The notes under the pieces are model-generated. The model did no database searches. It saw nothing but the letters and a program-made list of their open reading frames with translations, and had not been told where the DNA came from. Below are positions 22,329 through 32,957 of a DNA stretch of 64,000 nt, piece after piece. Numbering within the stretch: the first letter of the stretch is position 1; every line of letters begins with the position of its first letter. The stretch spans positions 8,844 through 72,843 of the forward strand of contig JANNNX010000007.1 of the NCBI GenBank assembly GCA_031398745.1, read 5' to 3'. This DNA is from Actinomycetes bacterium. GTDB lineage: Bacteria > Actinomycetota > Acidimicrobiia > Acidimicrobiales > CADCSY01. A program made the position numbers and the translations under genes.

Positions 22329-25253
22329 ATGGCGCCGCCCCCCGGACCCCCAGCGTTGGGCCGGGGCGTCGTGGTCACCGCCGGCGGCGTCGTCCCGGCC
22401 GGTTGGGCGGCCGCCGAGGTCGTGCGGATCGACGAGGCGGTGCTGGCAGACCCGGCCGACACCGTGACCCGCCTGCACCGAGCCTGGAGCCAGCGCCAGC
22501 CGCTCGTGGTCGAGCTGGCGGTCGACCCGGCCCGGTTCCGCGAGCCGATGACCGTGGGGGTCGAGCCCTGGACCCTCGGGCCCGACCTCGAGCTGTGGCC
22601 GGACCGGCTGCACCACCTGGTGTGGGCCAACACCTACGACGCCCGGTCGGGCGAACCGATCTGGTGGTGGGGTCGCAAGGCGGCCCGGCTGGGCGCGGTC
22701 GAGTCCCCCGACGGCACGGCCGACGTCACCCTGCCCGGCGGTCGCCCGGCCTGGATCGACGGAGGGCCCCGCGGCCCCCTGGATCTCGCCGACCGCTCGG
22801 CCGACATCGTCCACACCGAGTCGATCGACCTCGGCCGGCTCACCGTCGCCCCACCCGCGGGCCAGCCGACGGCCGTCCTGGCCCCGGACCAGCTGGCCGC
22901 CGTCGCCCACGGCAGCGGAGCGGCCCGGATCGTGGCCCCGGCCGGCTCGGGCAAGACCCGGGTCCTCACCGAGCGCCTCCGGCACCTGATCGTCGATCGG
23001 GGCGTCGAGCCCGAGACGGTTCTGGCGGTGGCCTACAACAAGAAGGCCCAGGCCGAACTCGAGGCCCGCACTGCCGACTTCCGACCCCGGGTCCGGACCC
23101 TCAACGCCCTCGGCTACGGGATCGTCGCCGACGCCTGGGGTCGGCGACCGGCGGTGCTCGACGAGCGCGAGGTCCGGTCGTTGGTCCGCGACCTGGTGCC
23201 CAAGACCCGGCGCCGGGCCAACACCGATCCCCTGGCCCCCTACCTCGAGGCGCTGTCGCTGGTTCGCCTGGGCCTGCGCGACCCCGAGGAGGTCGAGGCC
23301 GAGCGGGACGACGTGGCCGGGTTGGCGGCCGCCTTCGACGGGTTCCGGGGGGCGCTACGCCAGCGGGGGGCGGTCGACTTCGACGAGCAGGTCTACGCCG
23401 CGGTCGAGGCCCTGCTGGCCGACGGCGCCCTCCGGCGTCGGACCCAGAGCGGTTGTCGCCACCTCCTGGTCGACGAGCTCCAGGACCTGACTCCGGCCCA
23501 CGTCCTGCTCCTGCGGGTGCTCGCCGCCCCGGGGCTCGACGTGTTCGGGGTGGGTGACGACGACCAGGTCATCTACGACCACGCCGGTGCCGACCCGGGG
23601 TTCCTCATCGACTTCGACCGCCTGTTCCCGGGCGCCGCCGACCACCCGTTGACCATCAACTACCGCTGCCCGGTGGCAGTGGTCGACGCCGCCCGGACGC
23701 TGTTGTCCTACAACCACCGCAGGGTCGCCAAGGACATCGAGCCCGGACCGGCGGCCGACACCGACCGGTCGTCGCTGGTCGTGGTCCGCCACCCGGCCGA
23801 GGCCGGCGCCCGCTCGGTGGTCGAGGTCGTCCGGGGGTGGCTCGACGACGGGGTCGCACCCGCCTCGATGGCCGTGCTCACCCGGGTCAACTCCCTGCTC
23901 CTGGGTCCGCACGTGGCCCTGGCCAGCGCTGGGATCCCGATCGACTCGGTACTGCGACCCACCGTGCTCGACCGCCTCGGCCTGCGGGCTGCGCTGGCCT
24001 ACCTGCGCCTCGGCGCTTCCGATGACCACATGGCCGCGGCCGACATCGTCGAGATCCTCCGCCGCCCCAGCCGGGGCCTCCCGCCGTGGTTCGCGGAGCG
24101 CCTGGAGCGACGGACGTGGTGGAGCGCCGACCAGATCGAGGGCATCGGCGCGACCTTGCCCGACAAGGACGCGACCAAGGTCGCTTCGCTGGTCGATGAC
24201 CTGCGGACGGTGACGGTGGCGGTGTCCAGGGGCACCACCCGCCAGGCCTTGCGGGTCATCCGCGACGACATCGGCCTGGCCGGCGCCATCTCGCTGCTGG
24301 ACGAGTCGAAGGGGGGTGAGGGATCGAGCCACCTCGACGACCTCGAGGGCCTGCTGCAGGTGGCCGACCTCCACCCCGACCCGGTGACCTTCGAGGCCTG
24401 GCTGCGGGCCGCGCTGGCCGGCGGGCCCGAGGGCGCGCCCGAGCGAGACCGGTCGCCCGAGGGCGCCACCGCCTCTGGCGTCGTGCTCTCGACCGTGCAC
24501 CGGGTCAAGGGCATGGAGTGGGATCGGGTGGCGGTGTTCGGGGTCACCGCCGGCATCGTCCCCCACCGCCTGGCGGCCGACGTCGAGGAGGAACGCCGGG
24601 TCCTGCACGTGGCGATCACCCGAGGGCGCCACCGGGTGACGGTGCTGGCCGACGCCAGCCGACCCTCGCCCTTCCTGGGTGAGCTCGACGGGTCAGCCGC
24701 CCACGGCCCTCCCCCGGCGGTCCCCGGCCCCGGCCGGCGACCCGGCCTGACCGGCGCTCCGGGCGATCGGGCCAAGGCACCCCGGTCCCGGGCGGTCGAG
24801 GCACGGATCGGCACCGAGGTGGTCCTCAACGGAGGCTTCGCCGGGGTCGTCGCCCAGGTCGACCTGGAGGCGGGCGAAGCCGGCGTGCGACTCGAGTCGG
24901 GCGCCACCCTGCGGGTCCGCTTCGGCGAGACGGCCAAGGTCGGCGGGCGGGAGGTCACCCTGGTCGCACCCGAGACCCTTACCGCCGAAGCGGAGGCGGC
25001 CGAGATCGCACTCAAGGCCTGGCGCCTCGAACGGAGTCGCGCCGACAAGGTGGCGGCCTTCATCGTCTTGTCCGACCGCCACCTCCGCGGCATCGCCCGA
25101 GCCCAGCCGACCAGCCTGGCGGAGCTGTCGAAGCTCGACGGGATCGGCCCCACCAAGCTCGAGCAGTACGGCGAGGAGATCCTCGCCACCCTCGACGGCC
25201 TGGGTCCTGCGCCCGGAGCCCGAGGCGGGGACGCAGGGTCCGCCGCGCCGTGA
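22329..25253 (+). CDS. UvrD/PcrA-type superfamily 1 helicase with a roughly 210-aa N-terminal extension and C-terminal HRDC domain
   Basis: Walker A APAGSGKTRVLTER, LLVDELQDLTPAH, INYRC and TVHRVKGMEWDRV blocks. The HRDC-like tail is LKAWRLERSRADKVAAFIVLSDRHLRGIA...LSKLDGIGPTKLEQYG. ATG 22329. Confidence 0.85.
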   Translation: MAPPPGPPALGRGVVVTAGGVVPAGWAAAEVVRIDEAVLADPADTVTRLHRAWSQRQPLVVELAVDPARFREPMTVGVEPWTLGPDLELWPDRLHHLVWANTYDARSGEPIWWWGRKAARLGAVESPDGTADVTLPGGRPAWIDGGPRGPLDLADRSADIVHTESIDLGRLTVAPPAGQPTAVLAPDQLAAVAHGSGAARIVAPAGSGKTRVLTERLRHLIVDRGVEPETVLAVAYNKKAQAELEARTADFRPRVRTLNALGYGIVADAWGRRPAVLDEREVRSLVRDLVPKTRRRANTDPLAPYLEALSLVRLGLRDPEEVEAERDDVAGLAAAFDGFRGALRQRGAVDFDEQVYAAVEALLADGALRRRTQSGCRHLLVDELQDLTPAHVLLLRVLAAPGLDVFGVGDDDQVIYDHAGADPGFLIDFDRLFPGAADHPLTINYRCPVAVVDAARTLLSYNHRRVAKDIEPGPAADTDRSSLVVVRHPAEAGARSVVEVVRGWLDDGVAPASMAVLTRVNSLLLGPHVALASAGIPIDSVLRPTVLDRLGLRAALAYLRLGASDDHMAAADIVEILRRPSRGLPPWFAERLERRTWWSADQIEGIGATLPDKDATKVASLVDDLRTVTVAVSRGTTRQALRVIRDDIGLAGAISLLDESKGGEGSSHLDDLEGLLQVADLHPDPVTFEAWLRAALAGGPEGAPERDRSPEGATASGVVLSTVHRVKGMEWDRVAVFGVTAGIVPHRLAADVEEERRVLHVAITRGRHRVTVLADASRPSPFLGELDGSAAHGPPPAVPGPGRRPGLTGAPGDRAKAPRSRAVEARIGTEVVLNGGFAGVVAQVDLEAGEAGVRLESGATLRVRFGETAKVGGREVTLVAPETLTAEAEAAEIALKAWRLERSRADKVAAFIVLSDRHLRGIARAQPTSLAELSKLDGIGPTKLEQYGEEILATLDGLGPAPGARGGDAGSAAP

Positions 25254-25278
25254 CGCGGCGTCCCCACGTCCGACCGGT

Positions 25279-26588
25279 CTACAGGCTGCCGGTCCGCTTG
25301 ACCTGGAGGTAGGCGTCGACGACGCCGGCTGTCAGCTCGCCCGGCGGGGCGTCGACCACCGAGGCTCCGAGGCTGCGGAGCCGGGTCGCGACCCGATCCC
25401 GCTCCTCCAGCACGCCGAGGGCGGCGGCCTTGCGAAAGGCGCTGGCGGCGTCGAGGGGGTCGCCGCCAGCCCAGCCGGCGACCAGGGGATCGGTGACCGA
25501 CGCCACCACCAGGAGGTGGCCGCGAGCGATGACCGGAACGGCCGGCAGCATCGTGTCGGCCACCGTGTGAGCGGCCAGGTCGGTCAGCAGGACCACCAGC
25601 GAGCGCCGTCGGAACCGGGCCAAGGTGGCGGCGAAGGCGGCCCGGTAGTCGGCCTCGGCCAGCTCAGGCTCCCAGCCGGCGAAGGCCTCGGCCACCCGGC
25701 CCACCTGGGAGCCACCGGCCCGGGGCGGCACCACACCGACGACCTCGGCCCCGAAGCCGAGGACACCGACCGATCGCCGAGCGCCCCGGCTACGTGGGTG
25801 AGGGCGAGCACCGCGTCCATGGCGTGCTCCACCCGGGGCACGTCGGCCACCCGGGCCGCCATCGTCCGACCCAGGTCGAGGATGCACACCACCGACTGGT
25901 TCCGCTCGGCCCGGTAGGTGCGCACGATGGTGCGTCCCGTGCGGGCCGTCGCCGCCCAGTCGATCCGCCGACTCTCGTCGTCGACGGTGTACTCCCGCAG
26001 CGAGTCGAGCTCCGTCCCGCCCCCCCGGGCCAGCGAGGTCCGAAGGCCGGACTCGAGCAGCCGGAACTGGCGCAACCGAAGCTCGGCCGTGGTCCGACCC
26101 GGGAACCGGGGGTGGACCCGCAGGCGTCCGGGGGCCGGGCGCACGCCCTGCCGGGCCGCTAGGCCGAGCGGTCCCTCGATCCGCACCGTCACCGGGCCGA
26201 GGTCGAACCGGCCCCGGCGCGACGGCGTCAGGGTGGTGACGGCCACGGCCCGACCCAGCGCGGGCACCTCGAGCTGGGCCCGACGGGAGGCCGCCCCGAG
26301 CGACGGCGCCAAGGCGTCGGCCAGGCCGACCACCAGGCGTCGCTCGGTGGGGTTGGTCAGGGTCCAGGTCAGCGGGGCGGCGGCACCGAGTGTCACCACC
26401 TCGGCCACCGTCCGGGTGACGTCGACCTCGGCCGGACGCGGGGTCCGAGCCCAATCGACCAGGGCCAGTGCCAACACCAGCCCGTCGACCAGGAGGAAGC
26501 CGGCCGGGAACCCCACCGGCAGGACCAGCGCGGCCAGCGAGGCGGCGACGGCCAGCACCGCCAGGCGCCGGGTGGGGATGGGCAGCAT
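25279..26588 (-). pseudogene. DUF58 (VWA-like) protein, reading frame broken near 25770
   Basis: The N-terminal frame carries two TM segments, then REYTVDDESRRIDWAATARTGRTIVRTYRAERNQSVVCILDLGRTM ... ALTHVAGALGDR. The C-terminal frame carries VGVLGFGAEVVGVVPPR ... LVVLLTDL. The total is 1310 nt, one short of a codon multiple. Confidence 0.75.
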
Positions 26589-26616
26589 CAGCGGCGCGGT
26601 CCGTCGGAGGCGCCCG

Positions 26617-27643
<1,027 letters not shown>

Positions 27644-27654
<11 letters not shown>

Positions 27655-28768
27655 GTTCGACGACCTCCTCGTTCAGCACCCGGGCCGAGTCGGCCAGGCG
27701 CACCAGTTCTTCGGGGGTGCCGACCGGCGCGGCCACCAGCACCGCCCGCACCCGCTCGGGAGGCAGGCCGGCCCGGTGGGCGACGATCTCGGCCACCTGC
27801 TCTGGGGCCGCGGTGGGCGCGAGTCCCACCCGGGTCGCCAGCCGGCGCGACAGGTCCCGACGCAACACCACTCCCGCCTCCTCGTGACGACGCCCGTAAT
27901 GGTGGAGGTCGCCGATCGCCCGCACGAGATCGGCGGCCTCCAACTCCACCGGCAGCGCCTCCGCCACCGGAGGTCCGAGCCGGCGGGCCCGCCACCAGGC
28001 GTAGAGGCCGAACGCCACCGCCAGGGCGGCCAGCAAGCTGCGGACCCGGTCGGACACCAGGTCACCTAGCGTCTCGTCGCCGGCGGCGACCAGCGAGCGT
28101 TGAAGGAACGCCACCCGGGTGCCTTCGACCGGCGCCAGCAGGGCGGCCGCCAGCGCGGCGTTGTCGGCATCCCCCAGAGCGTCGTTGGTGAAGATGCCGG
28201 CGCCGCCGACGGCCACCACCGTGCCGGCACCCTCGTCCCGGGCCACGACCAGCGACCCCGTCACGCCGTCGAGCTCGAAGCACCCGTCCGAGGTCGCGTC
28301 GACGGTGTACACGCTGGCGCCCGGTGTCGGGGCCACTTCCCCGACGTCGGCCACCGCGGCGAGGGCACAACGCCCGGAGCCCAGCGTCGGCGACTCGCCG
28401 AGGACCGAGACGCTGCCGGCCACCGGCGGGGTGAGGCTCGACGTCGGGTCGGCGACCACCAGCACCCCCCCGGCTCGCACCCACGACAGCAGTCGATCCC
28501 GATCGGGCGAGCTCAGCTGGTCGGCCAGCAGGAGAGCGACGTCGACCCGGCCCTCGACCGGTGGCTGACGGGTCACCTCCACGGTGGCGCCGAGCTGGCG
28601 GAGCGACAGCACCAGGGCCTTGGTGCCGTCGGCCGCGACGCTGTCGGGAGCGAGGGGCTCCGTGCTGTCGCCGGAGCCCGCCAGGGCTCCCAGGGCCAGG
28701 ACGACGACGGCCAGCGCCACCCAGGGGGTGGCCCGGTGCCAGTGCACGGTCGCCCACCGGGAGGTCAC
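27644..28768 (-). CDS. DUF4350-like membrane-anchored protein
   Basis: GTG 28768 overlaps the upstream stop (GTGA). N-terminal TM (WVALAVVVLALGALAG), a periplasmic-type domain, and a second TM near the C-terminus (LLAALAVAFGLYAWW). The family call rests on context and architecture. It overlaps the moxR start by 11 nt. Confidence 0.6.
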
Positions 28769-29394
28769 CGGCGCTCGCCGGTCGATACCAGCACCCGGTC
28801 GGCGAGTGCCCGGAAGCGGGCGCTCTCGTCCGCTCCCGTGGGCTGCAGGCCGTACCACGCGTCCTCGAAGAGGGCGGTGGCGGCCGTGAACTCGCCGGCT
28901 GCCGACGGGCGGTGGCGGGCGACCTGGCGCCGGTACTCGCCGGCCGTGCGCCCGGGGGCCTCCTCGACCACCCCACCGTCGGCGAGGTCGGCGACGAGCC
29001 CCCGCCACCGGCACCGCAGGGCCGACCGCCACTCGCCGGCCGCCTCCCGGGCCACCGCCTCGGCCCGCCACTCGGCCGGCCGGCGCCGAGCCACGCCGGC
29101 CACCGGTGACGCGCTGACCGGGTCGGGTCGCACCCCCCGGGTGACCCGCCAAGCGACGAAGCCGACCACCGCCAGGAGGAGGAGGCCCACCGCCCAGGCG
29201 CCGAGCGACCCGGTGCCCTGACCAGCACCCACGAGGTCGGCGATCCGCTCCAGGAGCCAGTCCCGCAGCCGGTCGAGCAGCGACGGGCGCAGCCCGGCGA
29301 ACTCCGGGCGCGACAGCACGTCGTCGACCACCTCGTTGGCGGTGCCGGCCGACTGGGACGGCACCGGCAGGTCAGCGAGGAGCATCGTGGGCAC
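28765..29394 (-). CDS. DUF4129 domain protein
   Basis: Central TM (WAVGLLLLAVVGFVAW), then GRTAGEYRRQVARHRPSAAGEFTAATALFEDAWYG, typical of the DUF4129 C-terminal helix bundle. An alternative start is ATG 29385. Confidence 0.7.
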   Translation of the reverse strand: MPTMLLADLPVPSQSAGTANEVVDDVLSRPEFAGLRPSLLDRLRDWLLERIADLVGAGQGTGSLGAWAVGLLLLAVVGFVAWRVTRGVRPDPVSASPVAGVARRRPAEWRAEAVAREAAGEWRSALRCRWRGLVADLADGGVVEEAPGRTAGEYRRQVARHRPSAAGEFTAATALFEDAWYGLQPTGADESARFRALADRVLVSTGERR

Positions 29395-30511
29395 CGGCCC
29401 GAGCGAGCTCGGCGGCGACGATCTCGAGATCGAACCCCTCGGTGCGGATCCGGGCGTCGAAGTACTGGAGGGTGGCCACGATGGCCACCAGCGGCTGGGT
29501 GATCAGGGCCGCGGCGATGCCACCGGCCGCCACCAGCAGCCACCCCCACCGCATCCCCACCACCAGGGCGGCCACCGTCGGCCCCGTGCTGATGGCGCTG
29601 CCCAGCACGGACGTGACCAACCCGGCCAAGAGGGCCACGCCGAGCACGGGCCAGAACCGGCGACGGACGAGCGCCCAGGAGCGCCGGACTCCCCGAAGGG
29701 GGCCCAGCTCCTCGACCACGATGGCGGGGGCGACCAGCACCGACAGGCCCATGACGGCCAGGGCCAAGCCGACGGAGGCAATGAGCACGGCCACGCCGAC
29801 GATGATCGGCACCGCGCCCAAAGCTCCCCCGACCGAGGAGCCGACGGCCAGCAGCACGGCGCCGAGCACCAGCGCGCCGACGAACGCCCCGAACTCGGCC
29901 AGGTGGACGAGCAGCCAACCTCCCAGCAGGCTCCAGAACCGCCGCCGGACGACCCGGATGGCCTGGCCGGCGCCGATCTGGCGACCGAGGTAGGAGGCGG
30001 CCACGATCTGGCTGATCGCACCGGCGAGGAACGGCAACAGCAGCAGGTTCAGCCCGGTGGACACCAGCGACGCCACCGTGCTCCATCCGTCCCCCGACGA
30101 CGCGGTCACGGCCGAAGGGTCGCTGACCACGTCGAAGATCCCGTTACCACCGAGGAGGCCGCGCTGGCCGAGGGCGGCCAAGAGCTGCACCGGGACGGAG
30201 AAGCCCACCATGATCCCCAGGATCGGCTTGAGGTTGGCCTTGAGCAGCTTGATCGACCCGTCGAGGATGTCGGCCACCGTCATCGGGTGCAGGGGCAGCG
30301 GCCCGGTCCGGTCGTCGCCGGCCTTGGGGCGAGGCTGCTCCCAGCCCTGAGGGCCTCCGGCGGGAGGCAGGGGCGGTGCCGGCAAGGGCGCCCAGCCCGG
30401 CGCGGGTGGGGCCGGCGGCATGGGAGGCGCGGGGGGCGCCCAGCCGCGATCGTCGGCTGGCGGCGAACCAGGGGTGACCGTCACCGCCAGGATGGTAAGG
30501 GTGTCGGTCAT
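29372..30511 (-). CDS. polytopic membrane protein with Pro-rich N-terminus (GPDPase-membrane/DUF975-like)
   Basis: PPAPPMPPAPPAPGWAPLPAPPLPP, then ADILDGSIKLLKANLKPILGIMVGF and about 6 TM segments. First gene of the MoxR operon. The start is uncertain (ATG 30511 or internal Met codons). Confidence 0.55.
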   Translation of the reverse strand: MTDTLTILAVTVTPGSPPADDRGWAPPAPPMPPAPPAPGWAPLPAPPLPPAGGPQGWEQPRPKAGDDRTGPLPLHPMTVADILDGSIKLLKANLKPILGIMVGFSVPVQLLAALGQRGLLGGNGIFDVVSDPSAVTASSGDGWSTVASLVSTGLNLLLLPFLAGAISQIVAASYLGRQIGAGQAIRVVRRRFWSLLGGWLLVHLAEFGAFVGALVLGAVLLAVGSSVGGALGAVPIIVGVAVLIASVGLALAVMGLSVLVAPAIVVEELGPLRGVRRSWALVRRRFWPVLGVALLAGLVTSVLGSAISTGPTVAALVVGMRWGWLLVAAGGIAAALITQPLVAIVATLQYFDARIRTEGFDLEIVAAELARAGAHDAPR

Positions 30512-31268
30512 GACCGCGTACGACCCGGCCGCCTACGGCGACGCCTTCGCCGACGTCTACGACGACTGGTACGGACAGGTCACCGACGCCGAGGCCACCG
30601 CCGACGCGGTCGCGGCCCTGGCCGATGGCGGCCCGGTCCTGGAGCTGGGCATCGGCACCGGCCGCCTGGCGCTGCCCATCGCCGCCCGAGGCCTCGCCGT
30701 CCACGGGATCGACGCGTCCGAGCCGATGCTCGAGCGGCTCCGGACCAAGCCCGGCGCCGACGCGGTGGTGGTGCACCGGGGCGACTTCACCGAGGTGGCG
30801 CTCACCCCGCCGGGTGACGGCTACGCGGTGGTGCTGGTGGGGTTCAACACCCTCCTCAACCTGCCGACGGCCGACGCCCAGGCCCGCTGCGTCGCCCGGT
30901 CGGCGGAGGTGCTGCGCCCCGGGGGGCATCTGGTGATCGAGATGCAGCTGCTGGACGGCGACGTTCTCCGCGCCGCGCCCGACCAGGGCCGGGAGGGGTC
31001 GGCCGGGAGCCCAGGCCCGGGAGTGGCGGGCCGAAGGGCTCGGCACCGCACCGACGTCGACTTGGCCTCCCAGACGGTGAGCGGATCGATCGAGACACCA
31101 TCGGGGGTGCGGCCCTGGCGCATCCGCTGGCTCGACATCGACGAGCTCGATGCGATGGCCGTGGCCGCCGGCCTCGAGCCGGAGGGGCGCTGGGCGACGT
31201 GGGCCGCCGCACCCTGGACCCCAGCCGACGAGACCGCCATCTCCCTCTTCCGACGGGTCCCCGGATAG
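30510..31268 (+). CDS. class I SAM-dependent methyltransferase
   Basis: MTAYDPAAYGDAFADVYDDWYG and the SAM motif VLELGIGTGRLALPIAARG..VHGIDASEPML. Confidence 0.8.
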   Translation: MTAYDPAAYGDAFADVYDDWYGQVTDAEATADAVAALADGGPVLELGIGTGRLALPIAARGLAVHGIDASEPMLERLRTKPGADAVVVHRGDFTEVALTPPGDGYAVVLVGFNTLLNLPTADAQARCVARSAEVLRPGGHLVIEMQLLDGDVLRAAPDQGREGSAGSPGPGVAGRRARHRTDVDLASQTVSGSIETPSGVRPWRIRWLDIDELDAMAVAAGLEPEGRWATWAAAPWTPADETAISLFRRVPG

Positions 31269-31374
31269 CCTGCCCACCGATGGCTGTTATCGAGCGGACC
31301 GATGCTGCGGGAGAGCCCGTCGGCACTACCGGTGTTGTTCGCCCCACGTTGCGCACCCAGCGCCGGGGGCCGCG

Positions 31375-32352
31375 ATGAGCGAGCTCCGCCTGAACCCCCT
31401 CCTCGGGCGCTGGGTCACGGTGGCCACCGACCGCCGCACCCGACCGTCGTCGTTCGACATCCGCCACCTCCCGGTCGAGCACGACCCGAACCGCCCGTGC
31501 CCGTTCTGTCCCGGCAACGAGGAGGACACACCGCCGGCGCTGGTGACCGACGGCCCCAGCGGTGCCTGGCGGGTGCGGGTCGTCCCCAACCGCTACCCGG
31601 CCTTCGAGGGCGACGAGCAGCTCATGGTCCGACACCTGGGGCCGGTGTTCACCCGGGCCAAGGCGTCGGGCGTGCACGAGGTGCTGGTGCTCTCCCCCGA
31701 CCACCAGACCAGCTTCGCCAGCCTCGACGACGAGCAGGTCGAGGCGGTCATGGACGCCCTCCAGGATCGGGTCGCGGCGCACGCAGCCATGCCCTCGGTC
31801 CGCTACTCGCAGGTGATCATCAACCGGGGCCGGGAGGCGGGGGCATCGCTCGACCACCCCCACGGGCAGCTCCTGGGTGTGCCGTTCGTGCCCGGGGAGC
31901 TGGCCGACGAGGAGGCGGGGTTCGCCCGCTTCGTGGGCGGCTGCCTCATGTGCACGACCCTCGAGGCCGAGGTCGAGTCGGGCGAGCGGGTGGTGGCCGA
32001 AGACGGTCACGCCGTCGCTCTCGCCCCGTACTGGAGCGGCACCCCCTACGAGCTGCTGATCATCCCCCGGGCGCACGAGGCCCACCTCGACAAGGTGAAG
32101 CCGGCCGACCTCCACGGTGTGGGCCAGACCCTGCGCGACATGCTGGCCCGCCTGCAGGTCCTGCTCGGTGACATCGCCTACAACGTCGTCTTCCACGCCT
32201 CGCCCCACCGCCACGACGGCGACTTCCACTGGCACGTCCACCTGCTGCCCAAGGTCACCACCCGGGCCGGGTTCGAGCTCGGCACCGGTGTGCTGATCAA
32301 CATCGTCGCCCCCGAGCAAGCCGCCGCCGACCTCAACGGGCTGGGCGGCTGA
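31375..32352 (+). CDS. galT: galactose-1-phosphate uridylyltransferase family (GalT / nucleotidyl-hexose phosphorylase, HIT superfamily)
   Basis: Zn motif CPFCPGNE, VPNRYPAF, and active-site SLDHPHGQLL. 325 aa from ATG 31375. Substrate specificity cannot be read from the sequence. Confidence 0.8.
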   Translation: MSELRLNPLLGRWVTVATDRRTRPSSFDIRHLPVEHDPNRPCPFCPGNEEDTPPALVTDGPSGAWRVRVVPNRYPAFEGDEQLMVRHLGPVFTRAKASGVHEVLVLSPDHQTSFASLDDEQVEAVMDALQDRVAAHAAMPSVRYSQVIINRGREAGASLDHPHGQLLGVPFVPGELADEEAGFARFVGGCLMCTTLEAEVESGERVVAEDGHAVALAPYWSGTPYELLIIPRAHEAHLDKVKPADLHGVGQTLRDMLARLQVLLGDIAYNVVFHASPHRHDGDFHWHVHLLPKVTTRAGFELGTGVLINIVAPEQAAADLNGLGG

Positions 32353-32375
32353 CCACCCGCTTTCGCGTCGCCACG

Positions 32376-32792
32376 GTGCTCGACGCGCCGGCCGATGCGG
32401 TGTGGGACGACCTGGCCGACGTCGGCACCCACGCCGAGTGGATGACCGATGCCGAGTCGCTGAGGTTCACCTCCGAGCAGCACCGCGGGGTCGGCACCAC
32501 CTACGTCTGCGTCACCCGGGTCGGGCCGATCCGCCTCGACGATGCCATGGCCGTCGAGGAGTGGGACGAGGCCGCTCGGGTCCTGGCCGTGCGCCACGAA
32601 GGCGTGGTCACCGGCACCGGCCGCTTCACCCTCCACCCGGTGGCCGCCGGTCGACGGACCCTGTTCGTCTGGGACGAGACCCTGGCCTTCCCGTGGTGGC
32701 TCGGGGGCGTACTCTCGGAGCGCCTCGGCCGCCCGATCCTCCTCGCTATCTGGCAGGGCAACCTCCGCCGCCTGGCCGACCGCTTCGGCTGA
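32376..32792 (+). CDS. SRPBCC (START/polyketide-cyclase-like) family protein
   Basis: LDAPADAVWDDLADVGTHAEWM ... GTGRFTLHPVAAGRRTLFVWDETL. The true start may lie a few codons upstream, close to the galT stop. Confidence 0.7.
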   Translation: MLDAPADAVWDDLADVGTHAEWMTDAESLRFTSEQHRGVGTTYVCVTRVGPIRLDDAMAVEEWDEAARVLAVRHEGVVTGTGRFTLHPVAAGRRTLFVWDETLAFPWWLGGVLSERLGRPILLAIWQGNLRRLADRFG

Positions 32793-32957
32793 AGGCCCGC
32801 GGACGGATAGTCGTGGGCTCGGCGTTCAGCGCCATTGCCGAGGACACGTGCTGGTCTGGCCACATCGCTATGGGGCTCTACGCGACGAACCTGCGACGGC
32901 GGGTTCTGATGCTCGTGACCGATTGAGTCTGGCAGCGGGGTGTGCCGCTTATCGCCA

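Noticed and set aside
25258-25272. Isolated copies of the CCCCACGT motif outside the array: 25260-25272 between the helicase and DUF58 genes, about 31343 upstream of galT, and a CCCACGTCGG variant at about 61378.
   Set aside because: My rough base-composition estimate expects several chance occurrences of this 8-mer in a window of this size and GC content. Only the dense cluster at 20996-21175 is clearly non-random.
25765-25775. Programmed -1 ribosomal frameshifting as the explanation for the DUF58 frame break.
   Set aside because: There is no slippery X XXY YYZ heptamer at the junction, and I saw no obvious downstream stimulatory structure. An indel is the simpler explanation.
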